The notes under the pieces are model-generated. The model was not told the DNA's origin. It was given only the letters and a program-made list of their open reading frames with translations, and did no database searches. The translations under genes and the position numbers were made by a program. From a candidate division FCPU426 bacterium (GTDB lineage: Bacteria; Oederibacteriota; Muellerivitia; Muellerivitales; Muellerivitaceae): 64,000 nt of DNA. Shown here in pieces: positions 1 to 9,532 of this stretch (positions within the stretch are counted from its first letter, which is position 1; each line of letters starts with the position of its first letter). Location of the stretch: contig CAVYSE010000018.1 in the NCBI GenBank assembly GCA_963771075.1, positions 96,001 through 160,000 on the forward strand. Reading direction: 5' to 3'.

Positions 1-396
1 TCCCCTTACGCCCTCACGATCGATGGCACCAACCAGCTGAGCGGTTGGGCCGGAACGGCCACTTATACTGGAAACCAGGGGTTCGTGGACGGCTGCCGCG
101 GGATCTTCGTGGAGAGCTACACGGCCGGCACGGTGGTGGTTGGGACGACGCCCAGTGGCAACAATAACCAAACCTGGATCAATACCAACGGGGCAAGCTT
201 CAGCCAAGTGGGCGGCGGTGGCGGCAGCACCAACGTTTGCACCACCCAGACCGCGGATATCCTGGCCTTCTGGGACGAAACGGGATCGGGTGGTACGATC
301 CAGGCCGGCGACCCCTATGTTCTTTATTCGAGCCAATCCTCCAGCACAACGCCGAACCTCACCATCACGCTGACGGATTCCCAAACCTGGCCCTGA
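1..396 (+). CDS. C-terminal part of a Gly/Thr/Ser-rich, probably extracellular protein (5' end outside window)
   Basis: Frame 1 is open from base 1 to TGA at 394-396; composition resembles the other secreted proteins here; followed by a terminator. Confidence 0.6.
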   Translation, partial: SPYALTIDGTNQLSGWAGTATYTGNQGFVDGCRGIFVESYTAGTVVVGTTPSGNNNQTWINTNGASFSQVGGGGGSTNVCTTQTADILAFWDETGSGGTIQAGDPYVLYSSQSSSTTPNLTITLTDSQTWP

Positions 397-431
397 TTTG
401 ACGGAGGCATTGTAGTCATCTTCCGATGACC

Positions 432-465
432 AAAGCCCGGATGAGAAATCATTCGGGCTTTTTTT
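432..465 (+). terminator. Rho-independent terminator
   Basis: AAAGCCCGGATGA...TCATTCGGGCTTT hairpin followed by a T run. Confidence 0.8.
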
Positions 466-598
466 ATTCTCCCGGGTCCCCTACCTCGAATTTGATCCAG
501 GTCTCACGCTGCGGTGTGTGAGTTTCGCAAATCGAGCAAGGACTTGGGCCCCTAGGGAGCCTTCGCGGCGGGGATGGCCAGCCGGTTTGGGGCCTCTC

Positions 599-844
599 TT
601 AGGCCGGCTTCCGCGCTCTGCGTCCATAGGCTACGAACGCGGCCAGGAGGGCCGGCACCACACTCCAGAGCATGCCTGGAAACCCGGCGTACTGGGTGAA
701 AAGCGCGCAGCCCAACAGCGAGTTGAGGGCCAGGCAGGCGGCCGGGAGAAAACCGCTCATCCAGGCCCCTCGGATCTCTTCATAATGGGAGAACGTGTAG
801 GCCCCCCCGATCAGGTTCCACAAGGCCAGTAAGATTTGAAGCAC
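599..844 (-). pseudogene. DoxX-like membrane protein fragment
   Basis: Hydrophobic ORF; LWVLQILLALW start and AAFVAYGR end resemble DoxX-type proteins, but it is short and lacks a clear start or RBS. Confidence 0.35.
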
Positions 845-919
845 CCATAAATGGGGGTGTTTGAATTAGGTATACTTTTACGGAATTAGGGTTTCACGCC
901 AATCTTAGGAGGCTTATAG

Positions 920-1018
920 ATGAGGAAGTTCATTTATGTTTCCGCGTTGATCCTGGCGGCCGGTTTTACCCGTCTTTGGCCGGTGCAGCAACAATGGGGT
1001 CAAGTCTTCATTTTATAG
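920..1018 (+). pseudogene. Signal-peptide stub of a secreted-protein gene cut by the adjacent inverted-repeat element
   Basis: AGGAGG RBS at 907-912; MRKFIYVSALILAAGFTRLWP reads into the left IR and stops. Confidence 0.4.
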
Positions 1019-1699
1019 TAACTATTCCAACCGCTTCTTCCTGCGCTAATGTTGTAAAATGGGCCATCGCGTATCCATTGTTCACGAGGTGGGCTAAAAG
1101 CACAAACACCTGGATGTGCCCAAATACCAGAAACAGGCAATTAAATTGAAACCGGAAGAGGTACTGGCGAAAGTAGCTAAAATCCATGGGGAAAAGTCGG
1201 GTGAGATATTGAAGGCTGGAAAAAGGGAGTCGGAAGCACGGGACGCGGCCATTTATTTGATGAAACGGAAATCGGGGATGAGTTCAATGGAAATTGGGGA
1301 AAAGATGGGCGTGGGTGCCAGCGCGGTGGGGAATCGGATAGCGATGGTAAAGAAGCGGATGGAGGGAGAGACACGGTTCAAGGCTCGGATAGATAATATA
1401 AAATGAAGACTTGACCCCATTGTTCTTGGGAAGAGGTACTGGCGAAAGTAGCTAAAATCCATGGGGAAAAGTCGGGTGAGATATTGAAGGCTGGAAAAAG
1501 GGAGTCGGAAGCACGGGACGCGGCCATTTATTTGATGAAACGGAAATCGGGGATGAGTTCAATGGAAATTGGGGAAAAGATGGGCGTGGGTGCCAGCGCG
1601 GTGGGGAATCGGATAGCGATGGTAAAGAAGCGGATGGAGGGAGAGACACGGTTCAAGGCTCGGATAGATAATATAAAATGAAGACTTGACCCCATTGTT
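990..1699. mobile_element. Inverted-repeat-bounded transposase remnant (MITE-like) with a duplicated right end
   Basis: Perfect 28-bp IR: AACAATGGGGTCAAGTCTTCATTTTATA (990-1017), with its reverse complement at 1397-1424 and again at 1672-1699; encloses an HTH fragment. Confidence 0.6.
1116..1406 (+). pseudogene. C-terminal DnaA_C-like HTH domain, typical of Y1/REP-associated transposase C-termini; no catalytic domain
   Basis: ARDAAIYLMKRKSGMSSMEIGEKMG pattern; stop codon lies inside the right IR; partial second copy at 1429-1681. Confidence 0.55.
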
Positions 1700-1703
1700 C
1701 TTG
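1154..1703. repeat. Tandem duplication of a 275-bp unit (1154-1428, 1429-1703)
   Basis: Copies look identical by eye; duplicated ORFs in the track are offset by 275. Confidence 0.9.
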
Positions 1704-1816
1704 CTCTATTTGAAAAACCGAAGGCATCCAATCAGCCAGGCGGGTGTCATGCCGGCGTGTTTCTTTTGGAGAGGTGAAGGTTATAATGCCGTAAAATTTA
1801 TTGGGGAAATTGAGCT

Positions 1817-2128
1817 ATGGGTCTTAACCCGAAAATAAAAATTAAGCATAGGAAAATCGAGGATTTCTGCAAGCGGTATCGTATCCGCAAATTGTCTTTC
1901 TTCGGGTCTGCCATCAAGGAAAGTTTCCGACCGGATAGTGATATTGACATTCTCGTTGAGTTTGAGGCGGGCCAAAGCGCCGGGTTTTTGGGTCTTGCCC
2001 ATATGGAAGGTGAATTGTCCCGGATTATGGGGGGGAGACGGATTGATCTAAGGACGCCTGGGGAATTGAGCCGGTATTTTCGGAACGAAGTTGTTGCCTC
2101 GGCCCTGGTTGAATATGCAAAACCCTGA
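1817..2128 (+). CDS. Minimal nucleotidyltransferase antitoxin (MntA-like)
   Basis: FGS-x10-DID motif (FGSAIKESFRPDSDIDILV); overlaps the downstream HEPN gene. Confidence 0.9.
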   Translation: MGLNPKIKIKHRKIEDFCKRYRIRKLSFFGSAIKESFRPDSDIDILVEFEAGQSAGFLGLAHMEGELSRIMGGRRIDLRTPGELSRYFRNEVVASALVEYAKP

Positions 2129-2549
2129 TTTCATCCGCGTTCGGCATATGCTGGATGCCTGTTGCGAAGCACTTGAGTTCGTGAATGGCAAGTCCCGGTC
2201 GGATTTAGATAACGACCGGATGCTGGTTCTTTCTTTGGTTAAAGAAGTGGAAATCATCGGCGAAGCGGCTTCCAAAGTCTCCCCTGAAACTAAATCAAAT
2301 CATCCTGAAATACCGTGGCAGGACATGGCGCTTATGCGTAACCGCTTGATCCATGCTTATTTTAACATTGATTTAGATGTGGTCTGGGAAACGATACAGA
2401 AGGATTTACCTGAGTTGAAAAGGAAGCATCAGGATGTTCGGAATTTTGATAGTCCATCCGCCCACGAACCCCCCGCTGTTTATTTGACGAACCGCAAGCC
2501 CCAAAAGACGAAAAAGTCCAAACCCAAACTTAAATTGAAAAAAGATTGA
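2115..2549 (+). CDS. HepT-like (DUF86) HEPN ribonuclease toxin with C-terminal extension
   Basis: IIGEAA and RNRLIHAY (Rx4HxY) motifs; ATG 2115 overlaps the MNT stop region. Confidence 0.9.
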   Translation: MQNPDFIRVRHMLDACCEALEFVNGKSRSDLDNDRMLVLSLVKEVEIIGEAASKVSPETKSNHPEIPWQDMALMRNRLIHAYFNIDLDVVWETIQKDLPELKRKHQDVRNFDSPSAHEPPAVYLTNRKPQKTKKSKPKLKLKKD

Positions 2550-2555
2550 TTAAGT

Positions 2556-2907
2556 ATGAATAAAGTTCTTGTGCTTAATTATTATTATTGGCCTGATGAC
2601 GTGGCACCTATTCTTATTTGGAATAGGCGCCCCCGAACTTGCGCCCCGACTGGAAGGTCGGGGCGCGGGACCATCATCGGGTTGAAATGATCGGGTGTCC
2701 TTAAAGATGAATAGTGTTCTTGTGCTCAATCACTACTATTGGCCTGATGATGTGGCACCTATTCTTATTTGGAATAGGCGCCCCCAAACTTGCGCCCCGA
2801 CTGGAAGGCCGGGGCGCGGGACCATCATCGGGTTGAAATGATCGGGTGTCCTTAAAGATGAATAGTGTTCTTGTGCTCAATCACTACTATTGGCCCGATG
2901 ATGTGGC
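2556..2907. repeat. 151-bp tandem repeat (2 full copies + 1 partial): glycosyltransferase 5' end plus two hairpins
   Basis: ATGs at 2556, 2707 and 2858 each begin MNxVLVLNxYYWPDDVA; hairpins at 2607-2627 and 2641-2666. Confidence 0.85.
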
Positions 2908-3010
2908 CGGGAAGGCGGCGATGTTCAGGCACTGCCACGAGGTTTACATGAAATATTTCTCGAAAAATTCCGTGATGGACTGGTGGGAAAAGGGATTTAA
3001 AAAACTTTGA
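2858..3010 (+). pseudogene. Internally deleted GT4-type glycosyltransferase remnant (50 aa)
   Basis: N-terminus VLVLNHYYWPDDVA resembles GT4 starts and is joined to a C-terminal-like helix YFSKNSVMDWWEK. Confidence 0.45.
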
Positions 3011-3032
3011 TTCCTGCCCCTTCGGTGCTCAT

Positions 3033-3061
3033 TTGACCAACTAGACCAAGTAGGCTAAGAT
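3033..3061 (+). promoter_or_regulatory. Sigma70-like promoter of the phd-vapC pair with GACCAA direct repeats
   Basis: TTGACC-17 nt-TAAGAT; ATG 6 nt downstream with no RBS (probably leaderless). Confidence 0.55.
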
Positions 3062-3067
3062 TTCCGT

Positions 3068-3346
3068 ATGAAAAACAAATACTCCATCTACGAAGCCAAG
3101 ACCCACTTGAGCGAAATTTTGCGCCAGGTCCGGGACAACAAGTCGGTCATCATTACCGACCGGGGAAAGGAAGTGGCCCGGGTGGTCCCGATGGAAGAGA
3201 AGACCTCCTTCGAGAAAAGAGTCGAGATGTTCGAAAGGTCGGGGGTAATCCAATATGCCCCGAACGCCGACCCTTCCCAGATCCGCCCGATTAAGAAATG
3301 CCCCGGCGCCCTCAAAGAATTTCTTGAGAACCGGAACCGTTTTTGA
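3068..3346 (+). CDS. Phd/YefM-family antitoxin
   Basis: SIYEAKTHLSEILRQV...VIITDRGKEVARVVP. Confidence 0.9.
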   Translation: MKNKYSIYEAKTHLSEILRQVRDNKSVIITDRGKEVARVVPMEEKTSFEKRVEMFERSGVIQYAPNADPSQIRPIKKCPGALKEFLENRNRF

Positions 3347-3846
3347 GATCCGCCTTTCTCGATACCTCCGTCATGGCCGCCATCCTGTTTGAGGAACCCA
3401 GCTCGACTGATTTATTGCGGATTTTATCCGGCCTGGAATCCATTTACGCCTCGGGCCTTTTAGAGGCTGAAATGAGAAGCGCCGCCTTTCGGAAGGGGTT
3501 GGATACTCGGCTGGTGGAAGCGGAACTATTAAAAGTAAAGTGGATTCATCCGGATCGAGCCCTGACCCAGGAGATCAAACAGATTGTCTCCAATGGGATC
3601 CACTTAAGAGGCGCCGATCTTTGGCATCTTGCCTGCGCGCTTTATTTCGCGGGCAACCCGGCGGCCATTCCTTTTATGACCCTCGATGAACCCCAGGCCC
3701 AAGCGGCCCGCCGTTTGGGATTTCAAGTCATGCCGTGGGGGTGGACGATTGAGCCCACACTTTCAGAACCACCGGCTCGCTATAGGGCGAATCCCGCCTC
3801 CAAGAAGCTCCCCAAGAAGAAACCACAACCGCTAAAAGGCCGCTAA
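3343..3846 (+). CDS. PIN-domain (VapC-like) toxin with C-terminal extension
   Basis: FLDTS, LRGADLWHLA and TLD motifs; TTGA overlap with the antitoxin. Confidence 0.88.
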   Translation: MRSAFLDTSVMAAILFEEPSSTDLLRILSGLESIYASGLLEAEMRSAAFRKGLDTRLVEAELLKVKWIHPDRALTQEIKQIVSNGIHLRGADLWHLACALYFAGNPAAIPFMTLDEPQAQAARRLGFQVMPWGWTIEPTLSEPPARYRANPASKKLPKKKPQPLKGR

Positions 3847-3901
3847 AGGTTATGATTGCCAGGATAAACCCTGACTTTAGGATGAACGCGAAAGGTGTGT
3901 T

Positions 3902-4912
3902 ATGAAACGGAAAAAAGCCTTTATCACAGGCGTCACCGGCCAGGACGGTTCCTGGTTGGCGGATTTTCTTTTGGAAAAGGGCTACGAGGTCCACGGCATG
4001 GTGCGCCGGTCCTCTTCCTTTAATACGGCCCGCATCGACCATATTTACCAAGACCCTCACGCCCAGGGGCGGCGATTTTTCCTGCATTTCGGGGACCTTT
4101 CCGATTCCTCGGGCCTTTTCAAACTGCTTTCACAGATCAAGCCGCACGAGATTTATAACCTGGCGGCCCAAAGCCACGTGAGGGTTTCTTTCGACCAGCC
4201 CGAATATACCGGCGAGGTCACCGGGGTCGGGACGATCAAACTGCTGGAAGCCATGCGGGAAGCCTGTCCCAAGGCCCGTTTCTACCAGGCCAGCAGTTCG
4301 GAACTTTACGGCGGACTGGATTGCCCCAAGAAGGGCTACAACGAAACCAGCGCCTTTTATCCCCGAAGCCCCTATGGGGTCGCCAAGCTTTATTCCTTCT
4401 GGGCGGCCAAGAACTACAGGGAAGCCTATGGGATGCACATTTCCAACGGGATTCTCTTTAACCATGAAAGCGAGCGCCGGGGGGAGACCTTCGTGACCCG
4501 CAAGGTCACCCGCGCGGTGGGCCGCATCGTGGTGGGCCTGCAAAAGGACCTCTTCCTGGGCAACCTGAAGGCGAAGCGGGACTGGGGCGACGCCAAGGAA
4601 TTCGTGAGGGCCATGTGGCTGATGCTTCAAAAACCCGAGCCCCATGATTACGTCATCGCCACGGGGGAAACCCATTCCATCGAGGAAATGCTGAAGGTGG
4701 CCTTCGGCTATGTGCGTCTTGACTGGAAAAAACACGTGAAATTCGACCCCCGCTACCTGCGCCCCTCGGAGGTGGACACGCTGTTGGGGGACGCGTCCAA
4801 GGCCCGGAAACAACTGGGTTGGAAGCACGAAACCGGCTTCACGGAGTTGATCGAACGCATGGTGGACCACGACATCGACCTGGCCGGGCGGGAAAAGAAA
4901 GCGGGGGAATAG
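3902..4912 (+). CDS. gmd: GDP-mannose 4,6-dehydratase
   Basis: [31 protein letters not shown] and [15 protein letters not shown] motifs. Confidence 0.97.
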   Translation: MKRKKAFITGVTGQDGSWLADFLLEKGYEVHGMVRRSSSFNTARIDHIYQDPHAQGRRFFLHFGDLSDSSGLFKLLSQIKPHEIYNLAAQSHVRVSFDQPEYTGEVTGVGTIKLLEAMREACPKARFYQASSSELYGGLDCPKKGYNETSAFYPRSPYGVAKLYSFWAAKNYREAYGMHISNGILFNHESERRGETFVTRKVTRAVGRIVVGLQKDLFLGNLKAKRDWGDAKEFVRAMWLMLQKPEPHDYVIATGETHSIEEMLKVAFGYVRLDWKKHVKFDPRYLRPSEVDTLLGDASKARKQLGWKHETGFTELIERMVDHDIDLAGREKKAGE

Positions 4913-4962
4913 AAGAGGAAGCCGCCGTAGCCGTTATAATGGCCCATTCCTGGAGGCGTTTC

Positions 4963-5280
4963 TTGAAACCCGAAGCATCCATCATCGAAAACTTGGCCTC
5001 CCAAATCGTGGAGGCTGTCCACCCGCTGACCATCATCCTTTTCGGCTCCGCGGCCCGTGGGGAAATGGGGCCCGGAAGCGACATCGACCTCATGATCATC
5101 ATGCCGGAGGGGACCGACTGTGGGAAAACCACCCAGCGGCTTTACAACCGCGTGGGCGGGGTCAAGGCGGGCTATGACCTCGTCGTGGCGACGCCGGGTA
5201 TCCTCGAGAAATACAAGGATAACTGCGCCCTGGTTTACAAATGGGCGTTAAAGGAAGGCCAGGTGGTCTATGCCGCCTGA
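4963..5280 (+). CDS. Minimal nucleotidyltransferase antitoxin
   Basis: LFGSAARGEMGPGSDIDL; TTG start chosen from GGAGG at 4952; TATAAT at 4935-4940. Confidence 0.85.
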   Translation: MKPEASIIENLASQIVEAVHPLTIILFGSAARGEMGPGSDIDLMIIMPEGTDCGKTTQRLYNRVGGVKAGYDLVVATPGILEKYKDNCALVYKWALKEGQVVYAA

Positions 5281-5785
5281 GAGGGGCGATTTAAACGACC
5301 CCGGAGTATGGATTGATTTCGCGAAAAGCGACCTTGCCTTGGCGCGGGTGGGCAGGACGCCCGGAGTCCGGTTGGGAGCCCTCTGTTACCATTGCCAGCA
5401 AGCCGCGGAAAAAGCCTTAAAAGCCGTGTTGTTGCGCCACCATGTCGAATTTCCCCCTACCCATAACCTGCGGGATTTATTCAACCTCTTGCCGCCGCCG
5501 GTGTCGGCGCCCAGTGAGGTTAAAGCCGCCTGTGATTTAAGCGGATATGCCATCAAGGGACGCTACCCTTTGGACGTTTCGGACGCCTCCCCTTCCGAGT
5601 ATAAAAAGGCCGTCCAATCGGCCGAGAGGCTGTTGAGGTGGGCTGAAAAAGCCGTCTTGGCTGGGGACGAACCCGGCAGGCTGGACCTTGAGGAGCCCCG
5701 GGCGGACTACTCCGCCCGGAAAATTCCATCGCGGAAAACCTCCCCGAAATCCAGGAAAACGAACAAACGAAAGGCAAAACCGTGA
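5270..5785 (+). CDS. HEPN-domain protein with C-terminal extension
   Basis: [18 protein letters not shown] and RYP motifs; paired with the upstream MNT. Confidence 0.88.
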   Translation: MPPERGDLNDPGVWIDFAKSDLALARVGRTPGVRLGALCYHCQQAAEKALKAVLLRHHVEFPPTHNLRDLFNLLPPPVSAPSEVKAACDLSGYAIKGRYPLDVSDASPSEYKKAVQSAERLLRWAEKAVLAGDEPGRLDLEEPRADYSARKIPSRKTSPKSRKTNKRKAKP

Positions 5786-6720
5786 AACTCTTCATCGCCG
5801 GTCATAAGGGCATGGTGGGCTCGGCGCTGGTGCGCCGGTTCCAAAAAGAAAAGGGCGTGGAGCTCATCCTCAGGGATTTCGCCCAGCTCGACCTGACCCA
5901 ACAGGCCCAGGTGCTGGACTTCTACCAAAAGGAAAAACCCGACCAGGTCATCGTGGCCGCGGCCAAGGTGGGGGGGATCCTCGCCAACAGCACCTATCCC
6001 GCGGAGTTTCTTTACCAGAACCTGGCCATCGCCGCCAACTGCGTCGAAGGGGCCTGGAAGGCCGGCGTGAAGCGTCTGCTTTTCCTGGGCAGTTCCTGCA
6101 TTTATCCCAAGCTGGCGCCCCAGCCCATGACCGAAGACTGCCTGCTCACCGGCGCCCTGGAACCCACCAACGAGGCCTATGCCATCGCCAAGATCGCGGG
6201 CCTCAAGCTCTGCCAGTTTTACCGGAAGCAATACGGGGTCCTGTTCCATTCGGCCATGCCCACCAACCTTTACGGGCCGGGGGACAATTACCACCCGCAA
6301 AATTCCCACGTGCTGCCCGCCATGATCCTCAAGTTCCATGAGGCCTGGGAAAAGAGCGCGCCGGTCATGACCCTTTGGGGAACGGGATCGCCCAAACGCG
6401 AGTTCCTGCACGTGGACGACCTGGCCGACGCCTGCGCCTATTTGTTGAAACTCGACAACCCGCCCGACTGGGTGAACGTGGGCACGGGAACGGACATCCT
6501 GATCAAGTCCCTGGCGGGATTGGTGGCGGAAATCACCCATTTTTCCGGGCGCATCGAGTGGGATTCGTCCAAACCCGACGGCACCCCCCGCAAATTGCTG
6601 GATGTTTCCCGCTTGAGCGCCTTGGGATGGAAAGCGTCGATCCCACTGGAAGAGGGGATCAAGTCCACTTACCGGAGCTTTTTGGAAGATATTGCCGCTG
6701 GATCCCTTCGCAAAGCGTGA
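5782..6720 (+). CDS. fcl: GDP-L-fucose synthase
   Basis: [31 protein letters not shown] and [10 protein letters not shown] motifs. Confidence 0.97.
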   Translation: MKLFIAGHKGMVGSALVRRFQKEKGVELILRDFAQLDLTQQAQVLDFYQKEKPDQVIVAAAKVGGILANSTYPAEFLYQNLAIAANCVEGAWKAGVKRLLFLGSSCIYPKLAPQPMTEDCLLTGALEPTNEAYAIAKIAGLKLCQFYRKQYGVLFHSAMPTNLYGPGDNYHPQNSHVLPAMILKFHEAWEKSAPVMTLWGTGSPKREFLHVDDLADACAYLLKLDNPPDWVNVGTGTDILIKSLAGLVAEITHFSGRIEWDSSKPDGTPRKLLDVSRLSALGWKASIPLEEGIKSTYRSFLEDIAAGSLRKA

Positions 6721-6842
6721 ACCATTCCTGCCGGGTTGGTTAATTGAAGGGGTCCATTTTCCGTTTTTCGTCCCGGCCTGGGGCAAGGCTCAAACCCTAT
6801 CGATCAAGGGAATGTTTCCGGAAAGCCTTTTTCAAACCGGCC

Positions 6843-6889
6843 TTGACGATTCTTATTCATTGAGTAAAATTACTCAATGCATTGAGTAA
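6843..6889 (+). promoter_or_regulatory. Promoter overlapped by three alternating copies of a 10-bp operator half-site
   Basis: TTGACG (6843)-16 nt-TAAAAT (6865); CATTGAGTAA at 6858, TTACTCAATG at 6870, CATTGAGTAA at 6880. Confidence 0.65.
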
Positions 6890-6905
6890 TATGTAAAGGC
6901 GTCCC

Positions 6906-8108
6906 ATGTACCAAAGACCCCAGGCGGAAACCCTCAAAAACCGGTTGGAGGAAAAACGCCGGTTCATCCAGGTTTTGTCCGGCCCCCGGCAGGTGGGCAA
7001 GACCACCTTGGTGGAGCAGGTCATGAAATCAATCCATGCCCCCCATCTTTACGTTTCAGCCGACCAGCCCGCCCTTCGTGACCCCCTTTGGATCCAGAAG
7101 CAGTGGGACCACGCCCGGCTATTGGCGGGGGAAAAGAAAGGGACCGGGGCGGTTTTGATCCTCGATGAGGTACAGAAAGCGGGGGATTGGCCTGAAATCG
7201 TCAAGCGCTTGTGGGATGAGGATACGGCGGACCGCAGGCCCCTCAAGGTGGTCCTCCTGGGTTCCGCGCCGCTTTTGATCCAGAAAGGCCTGACCGAAAG
7301 TCTCGCGGGCAGGTTTGAGACGATTCCGATGACCCATTGGTCCTATGGCGAGATGAAAAAAGCTTTTGGCTGGTCGTTGGATCAGTTTATCTATTATGGC
7401 GGGTACCCCGGCTCCGCTTCCCTCATCAGCGATCCGGAAAGATGGACCCGGTATATCCAAGATTCCATGATTGAGACGACCCTCTCCCGTGACGTCCTAT
7501 TATTAACGAGGGTCGACAAGCCCGCCCTCTTGAGGCGGCTGTTTCAGTTGGGCTGCGAGTATTCAGGCCAGATACTTTCGTACCAGAAAATGGTGGGGCA
7601 ACTGCAGGACGCGGGGAACACCACCACCCTGGCCCATTACGTGGAACTGCTGTCGAAGGTCGGCATGCTGACGGGGCTTTCCAAATACGCCGGCCAGAAA
7701 GTCAGGCAAAGAGGTTCCATCCCGAAATGGCAGGTTTTGAACGCCGCCCTCTTCTCCGTCAGCCAGGATCTCGCCTTCGACGATGCCCGGAAAGATCCGA
7801 AAGCCTGGGGCCGATGGGTGGAATCGGCGGTGGGGGCCCACCTGGTCAACGGTTGTCTTGGAACGGAAATGGAAATATTTTATTGGCGTGAGCGAAACCA
7901 GGAAGTGGACTTCGTCGTAAAGAAAGGAAAGGAATTAACCGCCATCGAGGTGAAAAGCGGTTTGCGTAAACCCTTTTTGCCCGGTCTCGAGGCCTTTGCC
8001 AAGGCTTTTAAGCCTAAACGAACCTTAAGGGTGGGAAGCCGGGGAATACCCTTTGAGGAGTTCCTGGAAAAACCGACGGCTTATTGGGCGGGCCAGCCAA
8101 AGAAATAA
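6906..8108 (+). CDS. AAA+ ATPase (AAA_14/DUF4143 type) with C-terminal PD-(D/E)XK-like domain
   Basis: GPRQVGKT, LDEVQ, ESLAGR, GGYP and EVDFVV...AIEVKS motifs. Confidence 0.9.
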   Translation: MYQRPQAETLKNRLEEKRRFIQVLSGPRQVGKTTLVEQVMKSIHAPHLYVSADQPALRDPLWIQKQWDHARLLAGEKKGTGAVLILDEVQKAGDWPEIVKRLWDEDTADRRPLKVVLLGSAPLLIQKGLTESLAGRFETIPMTHWSYGEMKKAFGWSLDQFIYYGGYPGSASLISDPERWTRYIQDSMIETTLSRDVLLLTRVDKPALLRRLFQLGCEYSGQILSYQKMVGQLQDAGNTTTLAHYVELLSKVGMLTGLSKYAGQKVRQRGSIPKWQVLNAALFSVSQDLAFDDARKDPKAWGRWVESAVGAHLVNGCLGTEMEIFYWRERNQEVDFVVKKGKELTAIEVKSGLRKPFLPGLEAFAKAFKPKRTLRVGSRGIPFEEFLEKPTAYWAGQPKK

Positions 8109-8304
8109 CAGGGCCCTTCCTCGACCTCCCGAAAAGAAATTTTCCTTCCTCCGAGGGGTCAGGCTCCCTTTTCCGTTTTTGGTACCCGGCCCCGGAGGGG
8201 TTACCGGGAGGCTAACCCGGGGAGAAGCGATGGTCCCCAGCCATCGATCCCTTGGATGCGAATGTAATGTACAAAAAATATTACTATATGTACAATGCGT
8301 TGTC

Positions 8305-9465
8305 ATGATTTCAAGGCCCTTTTTTACCGATCTGATTGAGAAGGCGTGGAAGCGCCGGTCCCTGGTCTGGCTCAAGGGCGTCCGCCGGGCCGGGAAGACC
8401 ACGCTCGCCAAAAGCCTGCCGGAGATAAGGTATTTCGATTGCGAATTGCCCCGCACGGCCGATGCCCTGAAAGATCCGGAGGGGTTCTTTGAAGGCTTGA
8501 GGGGAAAAAGGATTGTCTTGGACGAGATACACCGCCTCGCCGATCCCTCCAATGTGCTCAAGGTGGCCACGGACCATTACCCGACGGTGAAGGTCCTCGC
8601 GACGGGGTCCTCGACGCTGGGGGTTTCCGCCAAGTTCAAGGATTCGCTCACGGGACGGAAAACCGAGGTCTTTCTTTCCCCGGTCATCGAGCCGGAACGG
8701 GCCGCCTTCGGGGCCCCTTCCCTGGAGGATCGCCTGCTCAAGGGGGGGCTTCCGGCCTTCCTGCGGCAAGACACCCCCCCGCCCGGCGAATTCGAGGAAT
8801 GGCTGGATTCCTATTTCGCCAGGGACGTGATGGAACTGTTCCGCACGGGAAAACGCGCCTCCTTTTTGCGGTTCGCCAAACTCCTGTTCGCCCGCTCGGG
8901 GGGCATCTTCGACGCCAGCCGTTACGGCCGGGAATGCGAGGCGGACCGCCGCACGATCGCGAATTACCTGGCGATCCTGGAGGAGACCCAGGTCTTCCAC
9001 GTCTTGCGCCCTTACAGCACCCACCGGCCCACGGAAATCGTGTCCGCCCCCAAGGTGTACGGTTTCGACACGGGTTTCGTCTGCCATTACCGTGGCTGGA
9101 CCCAGTTGCGGTCCGACGACATGGGCCTTTTGTGGGAACACTATGTCCTCAACGAGCTTCAGGCCCGCCTGCGGACCCGGCAGGTCCAATATTGGCGAGA
9201 CAAGCAGGAAAGGGAGGTGGACCTGGTCTGGGCCCCGGCGGGCAAGAAAATCACGGCGATCGAGTGCAAATGGTCCGCCGCCAACGCGGAAACTTCCAAC
9301 CTCGAGATATTCGCCGGGCATTATCCCGGGAGCCGGCTGGCCGTGGTCTCGCGCGACGTGGGACACCCTTACCGCCGCAAATCCCACGGCGTTGAGATTG
9401 ATTATTTGGGGTTGGAAAGCCTGGTCCAATTGCTGGCCGGATCAAAAGACGGGAAGGTCGCTTAA
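8305..9465 (+). CDS. Second AAA_14/DUF4143-type ATPase
   Basis: GVRRAGKT, LDEIH, DSLTGR, GGLP and EVDLV...AIECK motifs; start moved to ATG 8305. Confidence 0.88.
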   Translation: MISRPFFTDLIEKAWKRRSLVWLKGVRRAGKTTLAKSLPEIRYFDCELPRTADALKDPEGFFEGLRGKRIVLDEIHRLADPSNVLKVATDHYPTVKVLATGSSTLGVSAKFKDSLTGRKTEVFLSPVIEPERAAFGAPSLEDRLLKGGLPAFLRQDTPPPGEFEEWLDSYFARDVMELFRTGKRASFLRFAKLLFARSGGIFDASRYGRECEADRRTIANYLAILEETQVFHVLRPYSTHRPTEIVSAPKVYGFDTGFVCHYRGWTQLRSDDMGLLWEHYVLNELQARLRTRQVQYWRDKQEREVDLVWAPAGKKITAIECKWSAANAETSNLEIFAGHYPGSRLAVVSRDVGHPYRRKSHGVEIDYLGLESLVQLLAGSKDGKVA

Positions 9466-9532
9466 AATGATTAAAGCGATGGCCTTGCGCCCTGACTTCG
9501 AGAACCGGCGGATAAATAAATTGCGCAACCTC

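Noticed and set aside
2556..2907. 151-bp repeats as a CRISPR array
   Set aside because: Whole units repeat with no unique spacers, the unit is too long, and no cas genes are in the window
8053..8304. Long N-terminal extensions in the ORF track (8053, 9092, 4819, 37068, 45452, 45963)
   Set aside because: They overlap upstream genes or regulatory DNA; downstream starts fit RBS positions and family N-termini better
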